The notes under the pieces: model-generated
Databases searched by the model: none
What the model saw: the letters and a program-made list of their open reading frames with translations, nothing else
What the model was told of the DNA's origin: nothing
Shown: positions 48,375-58,113 of the stretch, one piece after another
Numbering within the stretch: position 1 is the stretch's first letter
Layout: the number at the start of each line of letters is the position of its first letter
Program-made: the position numbers and the translations under genes
Source of the DNA: Bdellovibrionales bacterium
GTDB taxonomy: Bacteria; Bdellovibrionota; Bdellovibrionia; Bdellovibrionales; JAUICD01
Assembly: GCA_965203275.1 (NCBI GenBank)
Contig: OZ241865.1
Location: forward strand, 1,952,001-2,016,000
Direction of reading: 5' to 3'
DNA: 64,000 nt

Positions 48375-49172
48375 TTATTCTGTAGCTCCGGCCTCTCTTA
48401 ATAGTCTTTCAATATCAGTATATCCTTTATTTCTAGCAAGCCATAGAGCTGTCTTGCCTTCATTGTCTTGAAGATTGACGTTGGCTCTGGCCACTAGCAA
48501 TAACCTTACAGTATCTATATTCTCATACCTGCGGATTGCATACATTAAAGCCGTCCGTCCATTATTGTCTTGAAGGTCGGGATCAGCTCCATTCGTTAGA
48601 AAAAAGTCCACTGATAATAATAATCCTAGTTCCGCTGCATACATTAGAGCTGTCTTGCCTTCATTGTCTTGAAGATTGACGTCCGCTCCGGCCGCTAGCA
48701 ATAGCTTTATAATCTCAAGATTGCTATAGTTTACAAACCCAAAGCCCATAAGTATATAACTGGTAAACTTTTCTTGAATTTTATCCCTATCAATGACTTC
48801 TTTTTCAATCAATTCATTTAGAGTCTTACTGGTCGTTTCTTTCATTTTTTCTAAAGCTATCATAAACGAAGCGACTGCATAAGAAAAAACAGAACCACGG
48901 TTATCAATATGATTTACGTCCGCTCCGTTATTTAAGGCTTCGAATACCTTAATGATGTTGCCTTCCTTTACGGCATCGAATAGAGATTGATTTATATCAG
49001 GATTTGGTGATGGGTTTATCGTCGGTGTTGATCTTTGAGTCGGTGTTGATGTTGTATTTGGTGATGGTCTTGCTTGTGTCATTGTGGAACTTGATGTCTG
49101 GCTTTCGACCTTGTCCAACTTATCTTTATAACAATTGTTAAAGCCAAATGCTAAACAAGACAAAACAAACAA
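48375..49172 (-). CDS. Ankyrin-repeat lipoprotein-like protein
   Basis: LAFGFNNC signal, P/T/S linker, ankyrin repeats GADVNLQD..GKTALM.A; ends LLREAGATE. Start uncertain. Confidence 0.88.
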   Translation of the reverse strand: MFVLSCLAFGFNNCYKDKLDKVESQTSSSTMTQARPSPNTTSTPTQRSTPTINPSPNPDINQSLFDAVKEGNIIKVFEALNNGADVNHIDNRGSVFSYAVASFMIALEKMKETTSKTLNELIEKEVIDRDKIQEKFTSYILMGFGFVNYSNLEIIKLLLAAGADVNLQDNEGKTALMYAAELGLLLSVDFFLTNGADPDLQDNNGRTALMYAIRRYENIDTVRLLLVARANVNLQDNEGKTALWLARNKGYTDIERLLREAGATE

Positions 49173-49249
49173 TAATAACGATAAATAAGCCTTCTGTTTT
49201 CTAGGAATTTTGTACCTACCTTTAGATATTAAATTGCTATCTAAATACT

Positions 49250-49276
49250 CTATCGGCAGGTCTTTGGACTTACTTA
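49250..49276 (-). promoter_or_regulatory. Sigma-28 (FliA)-type promoter upstream of the ankyrin gene
   Basis: Minus strand TAAG-N15-GCCGATAG. Confidence 0.65.
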
Positions 49277-49295
49277 AGGATAAATAGAATTGGTC

Positions 49296-49388
49296 TTATT
49301 CTGTAGCTCCGGCCTCTCTTAATAGTCTTTCAATTTCAGTATGGCCATGCTTACTAGCAAATATTAAAGCCGTCCAGCCACCGTTATC
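49296..49388 (-). pseudogene. 3' fragment of another ankyrin gene
   Basis: Translates DNGGWTALIFASKHGHTEIERLLREAGATE*, with the same 3' flank as the other copies. Confidence 0.8.
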
Positions 49389-49647
49389 GGTTAGAAAAAC
49401 AATAAAACTTAATAATATAAGCAGTTTTTATCAAAATTGGCAAGTTGGGGATGCGATCAGACCCCCTGGAAGGCACTCACTATAAGCCGTGCTTATAAAA
49501 AAAAGAGACCATAAGGCCTCTTTTAATATGGAATCATGGAAACTTTAGTTTTCATATCCACTTATGAATCAATTCATATCTTTAAATACATTAGAGAGTG
49601 AAGCTTTAACCATATCTACAATAGTTAAATTTTTAACTTTTTTTACT

Positions 49648-49915
49648 TCATGTTAAGGGTTTGTTTCACTAAAAGTGGTCAAGCTTTTGAGGCGGTTAGC
49701 CTTTGATCGACGACGACAGCCAAAAGGTGTAAGAAAGAACTTTTTCCTTAACATGGTGTAAAGAGACGAGAGGATCCTCCCCTACTAAAAGTAAACGGAC
49801 TTTTGAGGTTGCCAGCCTTTGATCGACGGCGGTAGCCGTCGGGCTGGCTACCCAAAAGTGACCAGAGGTCAGTTTACTTTTAGTGAGCCAAAGGTGTGGC
49901 TCATTTTGAGTGAAT
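49648..49915 (+). repeat. Cluster of structured repeat family A, overlapping the stop of the deacetylase gene
   Basis: Complete unit ~49745-49888; final CATTTTGAGTGAA end encodes HSK* of ORF 49901-50959. Confidence 0.88.
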
Positions 49916-50959
49916 AAAAACAACTAAACAAAATCCATGACGTGCTAAATCTGTTAGTAAATAGGGCATCATAATAATTGTTTGTTCATGTACGTCATGA
50001 AAAAGTAAAATACCTCTATAGTTTTGTTTTTTGATTTGTTGTAATGTATAGTTTCTAAGTCGACTTGGGTTTTTTGTAGCCCAGTCTCTTGTATCTATAT
50101 TCCAAGAAAGTACAGAAAGCCTGCGTCTGATAGATCTTTTAAGATCATCACTAGAAGCTCCAAAAGGGAAACGAAAAAACGGCTTAGCGTATGAAGAAAG
50201 AATACTTTGTAAAATATTATGACCTCTAGATATATTAGATAAAGCTTCATTACGAGAAAGTCGATTAAGTCTCTTATGATCATAAGAATGAGACCCCACA
50301 CTATGCCCTCTTAGTGCTACTTGCTGTGCTGCTCTAGGGTATCTTTCAACATCTTGACCTGTCATAAAAAAAGTCGCCTTTGCAGATCTTTGATCTAAAA
50401 TATTTAAAAGCCGAGGTGTCCAATCTGGATGAGGCCCATCATCAAACGTTAAAGCAAGATGCCCATAAGGTAGATTGAAACCATCTACATAACTCCCTGG
50501 AGTCACATATTGATTCCTTACTCTAAAACGTTGATTCACAACACAACGATTTGAACTCTGGTAAGGTGGCAAATAGACTGTTTGTGTTTGTATATCTTGG
50601 TTTTGTTGCCAAAAAGCACGAATGCGAGTTATTAATTGGGCCTGACAAATAAGTCCAGATAATTGCAAGAACCTATGAAAATCTAAAAGCACTTCATCGG
50701 GAAAAGACATAAGCTGGTGACAAATAGTAACTTGAGAATTGTCTGGCAACCTAGTAGTTTCTTGTGCTAGCTCATAGAGACTGATCTGAGCATTCTTATA
50801 ATCTTGATAAGAAGTACTTGTAGAAAAAACATCTCTTGCATACAATAAAGTTTCTATGACTGCCTCTGGCCCTCTTATTTCATTTGGATCCTTGTATTGA
50901 CAAGCAAGACAATGAAGACAACAAATAACTATAAATGAAATCATCTTAAAATTTTGCAA
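49901..50959 (-). CDS. Polysaccharide/peptidoglycan deacetylase (NodB/CE4), probable lipoprotein
   Basis: LTFDDGP, HSYDH, FRFPFG, DTRDW, LFHD. Confidence 0.9.
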   Translation of the reverse strand: MQNFKMISFIVICCLHCLACQYKDPNEIRGPEAVIETLLYARDVFSTSTSYQDYKNAQISLYELAQETTRLPDNSQVTICHQLMSFPDEVLLDFHRFLQLSGLICQAQLITRIRAFWQQNQDIQTQTVYLPPYQSSNRCVVNQRFRVRNQYVTPGSYVDGFNLPYGHLALTFDDGPHPDWTPRLLNILDQRSAKATFFMTGQDVERYPRAAQQVALRGHSVGSHSYDHKRLNRLSRNEALSNISRGHNILQSILSSYAKPFFRFPFGASSDDLKRSIRRRLSVLSWNIDTRDWATKNPSRLRNYTLQQIKKQNYRGILLFHDVHEQTIIMMPYLLTDLARHGFCLVVFIHSK

Positions 50960-51171
50960 TTTTTATCCTTATACTTTACAAATAAGCTCTTATTGGATCA
51001 TCAAAAATTTGTAGCCATTTTATACAATTATAAGTAGTTTCTAAATAAAATAGAATAAAATCCCAATAATTTAGATAAAAGGGCTGTAAATAGAACCTAA
51101 AAATGGCATATAATAATAATCAAAAACATAAAGTCTTACTAAAACTCAAGAAAGGGTGTCTTTAAATTCAA

Positions 51172-53127
51172 ATGAAAGCAAATATAGATATTGACAAAGA
51201 AATGCTCAATAAATGGAAAGGTCAATTGAAAAGCTTTCCAAAAACTCCCGGTGTTTATCTTATGAAAAACAACCTTAACCAAATCATCTACATAGGCAAA
51301 GCTAAAAATCTCAAAGACCGTATTTCTAGTTATTTCATCAAAAATCCTTCAGATAGAATCTTTTACAAAACATATTTTTTAATCCGTCAAATACACAAGA
51401 TTGACTATATTCAAACCAAAACAGAAGTAGAAGCCTTTCTCTTAGAAGCCTCTCTTGTGAAGAAACATCATCCTAAATACAATGTACGCTTAAAAGATGA
51501 CAAAGCTTACCCGTATATTCGATTAACTCTTCAGGATCCTTTTCCTCGATTTTATGTCAGTCGTAGGGTCAAACAAGATGGCAGTGTTTACTTTGGTCCT
51601 TATACACAAAGCTCTTTTGTTAAAGACATTATGCATATCCTCAACCAAACTTTTCAAATCCGAGATTGTAGTGATAGTTTTTTTAAAAATCGTACTCGTC
51701 CATGCCTCACCCATCAAATAGGTCACTGTTCTGCCCCTTGTGTGGGATTGATCTCACAAAAAAAATACACTTCTCGCATCAATCAAGCTTTAGAATTTTT
51801 AAGAGGTCAAAATCAAAAACTCTTCAATAGTTTAAACCAACAAATGCAAAAAGCAGCCAGTCTAGAACAATTTGAAGTGGCCGCTCGCATTAGAGATATT
51901 CTTGTGTCTATGCAAAAAGCTTTAGACAAACTGCCTTTGATGAATAAAAACTCCAAAGTAGATCAAGATGTGATTGGTTATTTTGGTAATGAACGAGGAA
52001 CTTTACTCGTTATACTACATATTCGCAATGGCCGTCACATTGGGCAACATACACAGCTTTTTTCTATCAATGCTCGCAGTCATATAACTGATCTTAAAAA
52101 TACCCTTATATCCTTTATCAATCAGTACTATGTAGATAATATTGTCCCTGATCAGCTCATTATACCTATTCAAATATCTAAAAAACTTGAATGTTTAATT
52201 CAAGAAGCTCTTGCTAAAAGGGGTCACAAACAAATCAATGTGAGATTTCCTATTGATGATCAAGGTAGCCAGTTACTTCAAAAAGCAGATCTTTTAGCTC
52301 ATGATCTTTTTAAAGAACAAATACAAAAATCAGATCAAAAAAGTCAAGGGCTATTAGAGATACAAAAGCGATTTGCTCTAAAGGAATTCCCTAAACGTAT
52401 AGAATGTTTTGACATATCAACTCTTCAAGGTAAACAAACAGTGGCTTCTCAAGTAGTTTTTGAAAATGGTCTTCCAGCAAAGGAATATTACAGACGTTAT
52501 AAAATCAAAAAGGTCAGTAAGACAGATGACTTTGCTTCTATGAAAGAAGTCTTATCTAGAAGACTTCATCATACAGAACATGAAGACCCTCAACTCATTT
52601 TAATAGATGGAGGCAAGGGACAGCTAGGTGTTGTTGTGGAAGTTCTTAAAGAGTTAGGACGTGATGATATTCCTGTGGTGGCATTAGCTAAGGCAAGAAG
52701 TTTGTTCTCTCAAAAACAAAAAAAAATCAAACTTAAAAAAAAGGCTCAAAGTAAAGAAGTCTCTGGTAGTAAGGCTATCACTGCTACACAAAATGATCAT
52801 AGTGAGGAAAGATTTTTTTTACCAGGCCGTAAAAATCCTATAGTATTTAAATCTCAATCACAGCCTTTTCAAATTCTGGTCAGTTTAAGGAACGAAGCCC
52901 ATCGCTTTGCTATCACCCATCACAGAAAACTTCGCTCTAAAAGTACTATTGAAAGCCAACTGGATCACATTAAGGGGCTTGGTCAGCAAAAAAAGATTTT
53001 ACTTTTAGAACATTTTCAAAGTGTAGAAAATATCAAAAAAGCCACTACTCAAGAAATTAGTCAATTAAAGGGTTTTAATCAAATACTAGCAGAGCGTATT
53101 CATTTATCTTTAAAGAATTCATCTTAG
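51172..53127 (+). CDS. uvrC: Excinuclease ABC subunit C
   Basis: GIY-YIG PGVYLM...YIGKAKNL, PKYNVRLKDDK.YP, RIECFDIS, IDGGKGQL, EAHRFAI, HhH. Confidence 0.97.
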   Translation: MKANIDIDKEMLNKWKGQLKSFPKTPGVYLMKNNLNQIIYIGKAKNLKDRISSYFIKNPSDRIFYKTYFLIRQIHKIDYIQTKTEVEAFLLEASLVKKHHPKYNVRLKDDKAYPYIRLTLQDPFPRFYVSRRVKQDGSVYFGPYTQSSFVKDIMHILNQTFQIRDCSDSFFKNRTRPCLTHQIGHCSAPCVGLISQKKYTSRINQALEFLRGQNQKLFNSLNQQMQKAASLEQFEVAARIRDILVSMQKALDKLPLMNKNSKVDQDVIGYFGNERGTLLVILHIRNGRHIGQHTQLFSINARSHITDLKNTLISFINQYYVDNIVPDQLIIPIQISKKLECLIQEALAKRGHKQINVRFPIDDQGSQLLQKADLLAHDLFKEQIQKSDQKSQGLLEIQKRFALKEFPKRIECFDISTLQGKQTVASQVVFENGLPAKEYYRRYKIKKVSKTDDFASMKEVLSRRLHHTEHEDPQLILIDGGKGQLGVVVEVLKELGRDDIPVVALAKARSLFSQKQKKIKLKKKAQSKEVSGSKAITATQNDHSEERFFLPGRKNPIVFKSQSQPFQILVSLRNEAHRFAITHHRKLRSKSTIESQLDHIKGLGQQKKILLLEHFQSVENIKKATTQEISQLKGFNQILAERIHLSLKNSS

Positions 53128-53159
53128 TTAGGCTGACCTTTGAACTCACGGATCACACA

Positions 53160-53608
53160 GATTTTTGAGGTCATCAGCCTTTGATCGACGGCAACAGCCA
53201 AAAGGCGTAAAATAGGACTTTTTCTTTAACATCGAGTTTATCCGGGATCCCGGGATCTGGGATCCGGCAAGCCGGCATCAGTTCCCGGGATGCCTGATTG
53301 CCTGATCCCGGGAGTGAACTTCTTGTTTCCTTAACATGGAGTAAAGAGACGAGGGGATCCTCCTTATTCAAAGTGGTCAGGCTTTTGAGGCAATGACCAT
53401 TTTGCCAATGGCGAAAGCCTTTGCGGTCATTGTCCAAAAACATGGGTGTAAGAAAGGACTTTTTCCTTAACATGTAGTTAAAAAACGAAAGGATCCTTCT
53501 TACTCAAAGTGAACAGGCTTTTGAGGCGATGACCATTTTGTCAAAGGCGGAAGCCTTTGCGGTCATCGTCCAAAAGTGGCCAGAGGCCAGTTCACTTTGA
53601 GTGAGCCA
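53160..53608 (+). repeat. Cluster of structured repeat family A with heptamer module
   Basis: Complete unit ~53463-53606 (ACTCAAAGTGAAC/GTTCACTTTGAGT, GGAA loop, TGGC-CAGAG-GCCA). Confidence 0.9.
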
Positions 53609-53611
53609 ACA

Positions 53612-53926
53612 CACGTATTTCTAAAAGAGGTACGTACGGGTAGATGAGGATCACCGAAATTAGATAATAAAAGGCCCAAAGAAAGGATTGAGAATGATAT
53701 ATACAACAAAGAGTATATATTTATGGTGTTATGCAATGAATTTCTAGCCGATCACCTCAAAATTGACCTTCCTATTCTCTGAAAAGTTCTTGATTTGGTG
53801 GATTTACGAAATTAGAGAGATACATTCAAGGAAGGGAAATTTTGAGGGTGGACAACTCACGTATCTCTGAAAAAGGTACGTACGGGTAGACGAAAACACA
53901 CGAAATTAGATAATAAAAGGCCCAAA
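53612..53926. repeat. Family E repeats: ~69-bp direct repeats (53612-53680, 53858-53926) around a long hairpin (53750-53852)
   Basis: CACGTAT.TCT.AAA.AGGTACGTACGGGTAGA...CGAAATTAGATAATAAAAGGCCCAAA twice. Confidence 0.8.
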
Positions 53927-54051
53927 CTATGTAAAATTTACAAAATGCCCTATAACCTTTACAATGTGGGTTGTTTTCGTTTGCAATCTGTTGTAATCCA
54001 TGCATAATAAGGCAAAAGGTATTACATTAGTATTACATTGAAGATTTTTTA

Positions 54052-55002
54052 ATGATTAAAAGACTTAAAGAAAGGAGAAAAATTATGAAACCATTAAGCA
54101 TTATAATAATAACTATAACAACTTTATTTTTCAGTTCAACGGCTGTTTTAGCTCAAACAACTAACCTTTGTGATTCTGATTGGTATAGTTCTGCCAGTAG
54201 CAACGATATATCAAATGCTATTAGAAATGGTGCTAATGTTAATCAATCTTGTTCAAGTGGGTCATCGCCACTATTGCTTGCCTTGGAATATGGCAGAGCC
54301 GATGCGGTCCTGGCATTGATACGGGCAGGTGCTAATTTGGATTATCAAGACATTTACACTCGTCAAACACCCAATCAGGTGATCACTGACCAATGTGATA
54401 GGGGGCGGATCGATCGCAGTGTGTGCAATGAAGTCAGACGTGGCTTTGAAGCAAGAGCCGAAGCTCAAAATAACCTGTGTGACCCCCGTTGGTGGCAGTC
54501 GTTCTATCGGCAGAGTCAAGCTCAAGCTAAAAGCCGTATGCAGGCTGTGATGCGTACGCCAGGATTAGATGTTAATTATGATTGTGGTAGGGGTGATCGC
54601 CCTTTACATATTGCCCTACAAGATTCCTTAACTCCACTAACAGAAGGTGCTGGACAGGCTATATGGACTTTGATGTATGAAGGTAAAAATGTAGATCGTT
54701 TTGTAAGGAATGGATCTGGTAGATCCATTATGGACCTGGCAGAAGTTAGATATGACCATCAAATAAGAGGTAATTATCTTCGTCTTTTATCAAGACGTTG
54801 TAATAATCAGATATCCTTACAAGAATATAATCAACAATACTATCAAATTTATATCAATGAAGTAGCCATATATATATATATGAAAGGATATGAGAGTGAG
54901 CAAGCGTATCAAGTAGCTGAGGTTAATTTTAATCAAGAACTTTTTGGTACCAATCAAACTACTCAAAGAACCCAAGAGCAGCTTTGTTTAAAATATAGAT
55001 AA
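54052..55002 (+). CDS. Secreted protein with degenerate ankyrin-like repeats
   Basis: Signal ...STAVLA; two LCD..W...G.(N/D)VN..C..G..PL..AL units. Start probably 54085. Confidence 0.7.
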   Translation: MIKRLKERRKIMKPLSIIIITITTLFFSSTAVLAQTTNLCDSDWYSSASSNDISNAIRNGANVNQSCSSGSSPLLLALEYGRADAVLALIRAGANLDYQDIYTRQTPNQVITDQCDRGRIDRSVCNEVRRGFEARAEAQNNLCDPRWWQSFYRQSQAQAKSRMQAVMRTPGLDVNYDCGRGDRPLHIALQDSLTPLTEGAGQAIWTLMYEGKNVDRFVRNGSGRSIMDLAEVRYDHQIRGNYLRLLSRRCNNQISLQEYNQQYYQIYINEVAIYIYMKGYESEQAYQVAEVNFNQELFGTNQTTQRTQEQLCLKYR

Positions 55003-55094
55003 AATAATTTTATAGTTGAGCATATTAATTTATCTAAAGTATTGACAGTTTGATAAAAAGTAGACACTGAGAAGCAAATAAATGCCATTAAACT

Positions 55095-55110
55095 TGGCAT
55101 CCCCCTTGCA
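55095..55110 (+). promoter_or_regulatory. Sigma-54 -24/-12 promoter
   Basis: TGGCAT-CCCCC-TTGCA matches TGGCAC-N5-TTGCW, about 60 bp upstream of 55170. Confidence 0.7.
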
Positions 55111-55169
55111 TGTTTTAAAGTAGGTGAGGTTTTATTTCATGTACTTTCAGATCAAAGGGGGATTGATTT

Positions 55170-56768
55170 GTGATCAACAAAAAGTATTTCTTAAAAAATC
55201 CATTTTGTTATTCTAGTTTAATTATTTATATTGGCCTAATATTTGTCTTTATTCCTATATCAAGTTTAGCACAAGAGCAAGATGGTGATATCAGAAGAAT
55301 ACCAGGACCAGGAGAGGTCGTAGTCGTAGGTGGAACAGCAGATGAAACACAAGTAGCTAGTGGTGCGGAAGATGCAACAAAAAAGGGTAGTAGATTTGGT
55401 ATATATTCAATGGCTTGCACTACTATTCAAAGCACAGTCCTAGATTTAGCATGCAATCAGAAGGCTTATGCATCGGCGACCAAACCTGTCACAGATCGCT
55501 TCGAACAGATGATGGCCAATAATAGCAATGGAAGTCAGAAGGACCAGTGCCAGTTGGTACAACAGATGAATGAAGCAACTAAAAAAATCAATCAATCCAT
55601 CACAGGCAAATGCCATACGGCCATCCTCTCATGCAAAGGCACTTGTGGTATGGCCCTTAAAAATGCTAAGGTAGCCCACGCTGCTGCTATTGAACCTACG
55701 GCCAAAGCTATGTTCTGGGCAGAGATGACCGCTATTAGCAAGAGTATGGCAAGCTGTGCTAGCAAATGGGCCAGTGTTAAGAAAACCAGCGATCTTCAGA
55801 TAGCTCGTAATACAGATGCCATTAAGCAGGCTAAAGACTGCGTAGATGGTTTGGGTGGATCCGGTGAGTTGAGCGATTCTTCTAATTGCGATCAACTTCC
55901 GCTAACTAAAAAAAACCTCTGTCAACAACTAGGTGAGGTGGCCTTTTGCAAACAACATCCAAAGATAGATTTTTGCCATAGTGTAGATAGCCTCTTTGCC
56001 GGCAAAAAAGATGCCCCCGGTCCTGGTCATACGAATGCCAATGCCATCGACTCAAATCCCCTAAAACAAAGGCTTCCCAGGGGGGGGGGGGACAAACGTC
56101 CAGGAGATCAATCGCAACAAGACTTAGCCACGTCTGAAATATGTCAACAACGTCCAGATAGTCCGGAGTGTAAGAGAGATGAGTGTAATTCTTTACCAAC
56201 TTCAGACACTCGTAGTTTATGCCATGCAGAGGGTATAGAAAAAACTTGCAAATATGTCCCTCAATTACCTCGATGTAAAAAAAGAGCAGCCGATTTAGCT
56301 AAGAATAAGGTCGACCCTTTAAGTGGTCATACAAGTTTAGGATTAAAAGGTGGTTTTGCTGGTGGCGGAAGTGCTGGTGGTTCTGCTGGTGGAGGTTCTG
56401 GCAGTGGAGGAGGCTCTGGCAGTGGTGGCTTAGGTGGCAGTGATTTTGCAAGCGGAGATGGTGCAGAAGGATTAAAGCCACTGGCAGGATCATCTGTGAT
56501 AAAGGTGGATAAGGATGGGAATGTCCATGCTCTTGTGAATGGTCGATATACAAATTTAGGTAGTGGCAGGCGAGCAAGGAATCTCCACAAAAAAATATCA
56601 GGTTTAAGTTATAGTGATTATCTATTGCGGAAGCCTCAAAAGCGAGGACCTGCAAGTATCCAGCAAGGTAAAAGCGAAGAGGTCACATCTGCAAATGGTT
56701 TAACCAACTTCCAAAAAGTCTCCCGAACAATAAAGCTATTGTTCCCTACATTACTTTACTCAAAATAA
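55170..56768 (+). CDS. Cys-rich, Gly-rich exported protein with an internal G12 tract
   Basis: Signal ...ISSLA; many Cys; GGGS linker; C-terminal RGPAS...NFQKVSR reminiscent of Bdellovibrionota secreted proteins. Confidence 0.75.
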   Translation: MINKKYFLKNPFCYSSLIIYIGLIFVFIPISSLAQEQDGDIRRIPGPGEVVVVGGTADETQVASGAEDATKKGSRFGIYSMACTTIQSTVLDLACNQKAYASATKPVTDRFEQMMANNSNGSQKDQCQLVQQMNEATKKINQSITGKCHTAILSCKGTCGMALKNAKVAHAAAIEPTAKAMFWAEMTAISKSMASCASKWASVKKTSDLQIARNTDAIKQAKDCVDGLGGSGELSDSSNCDQLPLTKKNLCQQLGEVAFCKQHPKIDFCHSVDSLFAGKKDAPGPGHTNANAIDSNPLKQRLPRGGGDKRPGDQSQQDLATSEICQQRPDSPECKRDECNSLPTSDTRSLCHAEGIEKTCKYVPQLPRCKKRAADLAKNKVDPLSGHTSLGLKGGFAGGGSAGGSAGGGSGSGGGSGSGGLGGSDFASGDGAEGLKPLAGSSVIKVDKDGNVHALVNGRYTNLGSGRRARNLHKKISGLSYSDYLLRKPQKRGPASIQQGKSEEVTSANGLTNFQKVSRTIKLLFPTLLYSK

Positions 56769-56789
56769 ATTGCTATCTTGATCCTTGGG

Positions 56790-57836
56790 CTACTTTTAGT
56801 GAACTAACTCCCTAACCCCACCCCCCGCCCTTCGATCTGCTTTTTCATTTGTATGTTTTTTATGAGTGGAATGCGGAGTCAGGCTTCCGAAGTCCTCAAC
56901 CTTCGCTTGCTTTGGGGAGCAAGCGGGTCTGCGGAAGATCTCCAGCCTGCCTCCGCATCCCACTCATAATATTCATGTTTATTTGAGATTTACGCAGAAT
57001 CTAAAAGAAAATAAAAAAAACAAAAAAACTCTTTTTCCTTAACATGTTGTCAAGAGACGAAGGGATCCTCCTTACTAAAAGTGGTCAAGCTTTCTAGGCG
57101 ATGAGCATTTTATCGACGGCGTGAGCCGTCGTGGTCATCGCCAGAAAGTGACCAGAGGTCAGACCACTTTTAGTGAAACAAAACAAGCTGATAAATTAGG
57201 AGCTTTTTTATACAAGTTATGTAAAAATACTTAAATTCAAATTTAATTTTCCCGGGATCCGGGATCCGGGATCTGGGATCCGGGATCAGACATCAGTTCC
57301 CGGGATGCCTGCTTGCCTGATCCCGGGAATAAATATCTTGTTCCCTTAACATGGTGTAAAGAGACGAGGGGATCCTCCCCTACTAAAAGTAAACGGACTT
57401 TTGAGACATTGCTCTTTTTAGACAGCGAGAGCTGTCAGAGCAATGTCCAAAAGCAACCAGAGGTTGGTTTACTTTTAGTGAACCAACTCCTTAACATCAT
57501 GTTTATCCGGGATCCGGGAACCGGGATCCGGCAGTCAGGCAATCAGGTGTAAGAAGGAACTTTTTCCTTAACATTGTGTAAAGAGACGAAAGGATCCTCC
57601 CTACTAAAAGTAAACGGACTTTTGAGGCATTGCTCTTTTTAGACAGCGTATAGCTGTCAGAGCAATGTCCAAAAGTGACCAGAGGTCAGTTTACTTTTAG
57701 TGAAACAGCTTAGCCTTTGATCGACGGCGGTAGCCGTCGGGCTGATTGCCCAAAAACAGCCAGAGGCTAGTTCAATTTTAGGGAAACAGCCCACTTTTAG
57801 TGAAACAGACGGCATGGTGCATTTTGAGTGAAAAAC
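56790..57836 (+). repeat. Large cluster: family B module (56809-57029), three complete A units, heptamer modules, stacked right ends
   Basis: A cores at ~57074-57179, 57381-57484, 57603-57707; ends within 10 bp of the tRNA 3' end. Confidence 0.92.
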
Positions 57837-57842
57837 AAGTAA

Positions 57843-57919
57843 TGGTAGGCCCACGAGGATTCGAACCTCGGATCCTCCGGTTATGAGCCGGATGCTTTAA
57901 CCAACTAAGCTATGGGCCT
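57843..57919 (-). tRNA. tRNA with CAT anticodon, probably tRNA-Ile2 (lysidine)
   Basis: AGGCCCA/TGGGCCT acceptor, CCGG-CTCATAA-CCGG anticodon arm, GGTTCGAATCC, CCA; lacks the initiator GGG/CCC stem. Confidence 0.9.
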
Positions 57920-58037
57920 TCCTGCATTTTTTATCTTTTATCTATTTTAGTTTATAAACCTTGAATTTGACAGCCTAAAAAAATAAGACTGAATCATTTC
58001 AATATTTGAAAATTGTGAGTCTATTTTGTGCCACGAC

Positions 58038-58082
58038 ACTTATTGCCACAGAACTTATTGCCACAGAACTTATTGCCACAGA
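58038..58082. repeat. 15-bp tandem repeat ACTTATTGCCACAGA x3
   Basis: Read directly. Confidence 0.85.
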
Positions 58083-58113
58083 ATTGTTGACGACCCTGTA
58101 AAAATCCTCATCT

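Noticed and set aside
53770..53820. Family E or A as a hammerhead, twister or HDV ribozyme
   Set aside because: CTGAAAAG...CGAAA is suggestive but lacks the CUGANGA core and three-stem arrangement; no other ribozyme consensus matched by eye.
47821..57854. Short ORFs 47821-48015, 49696-49923, 53174-53473, 57313-57552, 57657-57854
   Set aside because: They lie inside family A clusters and are translations of the repeat.
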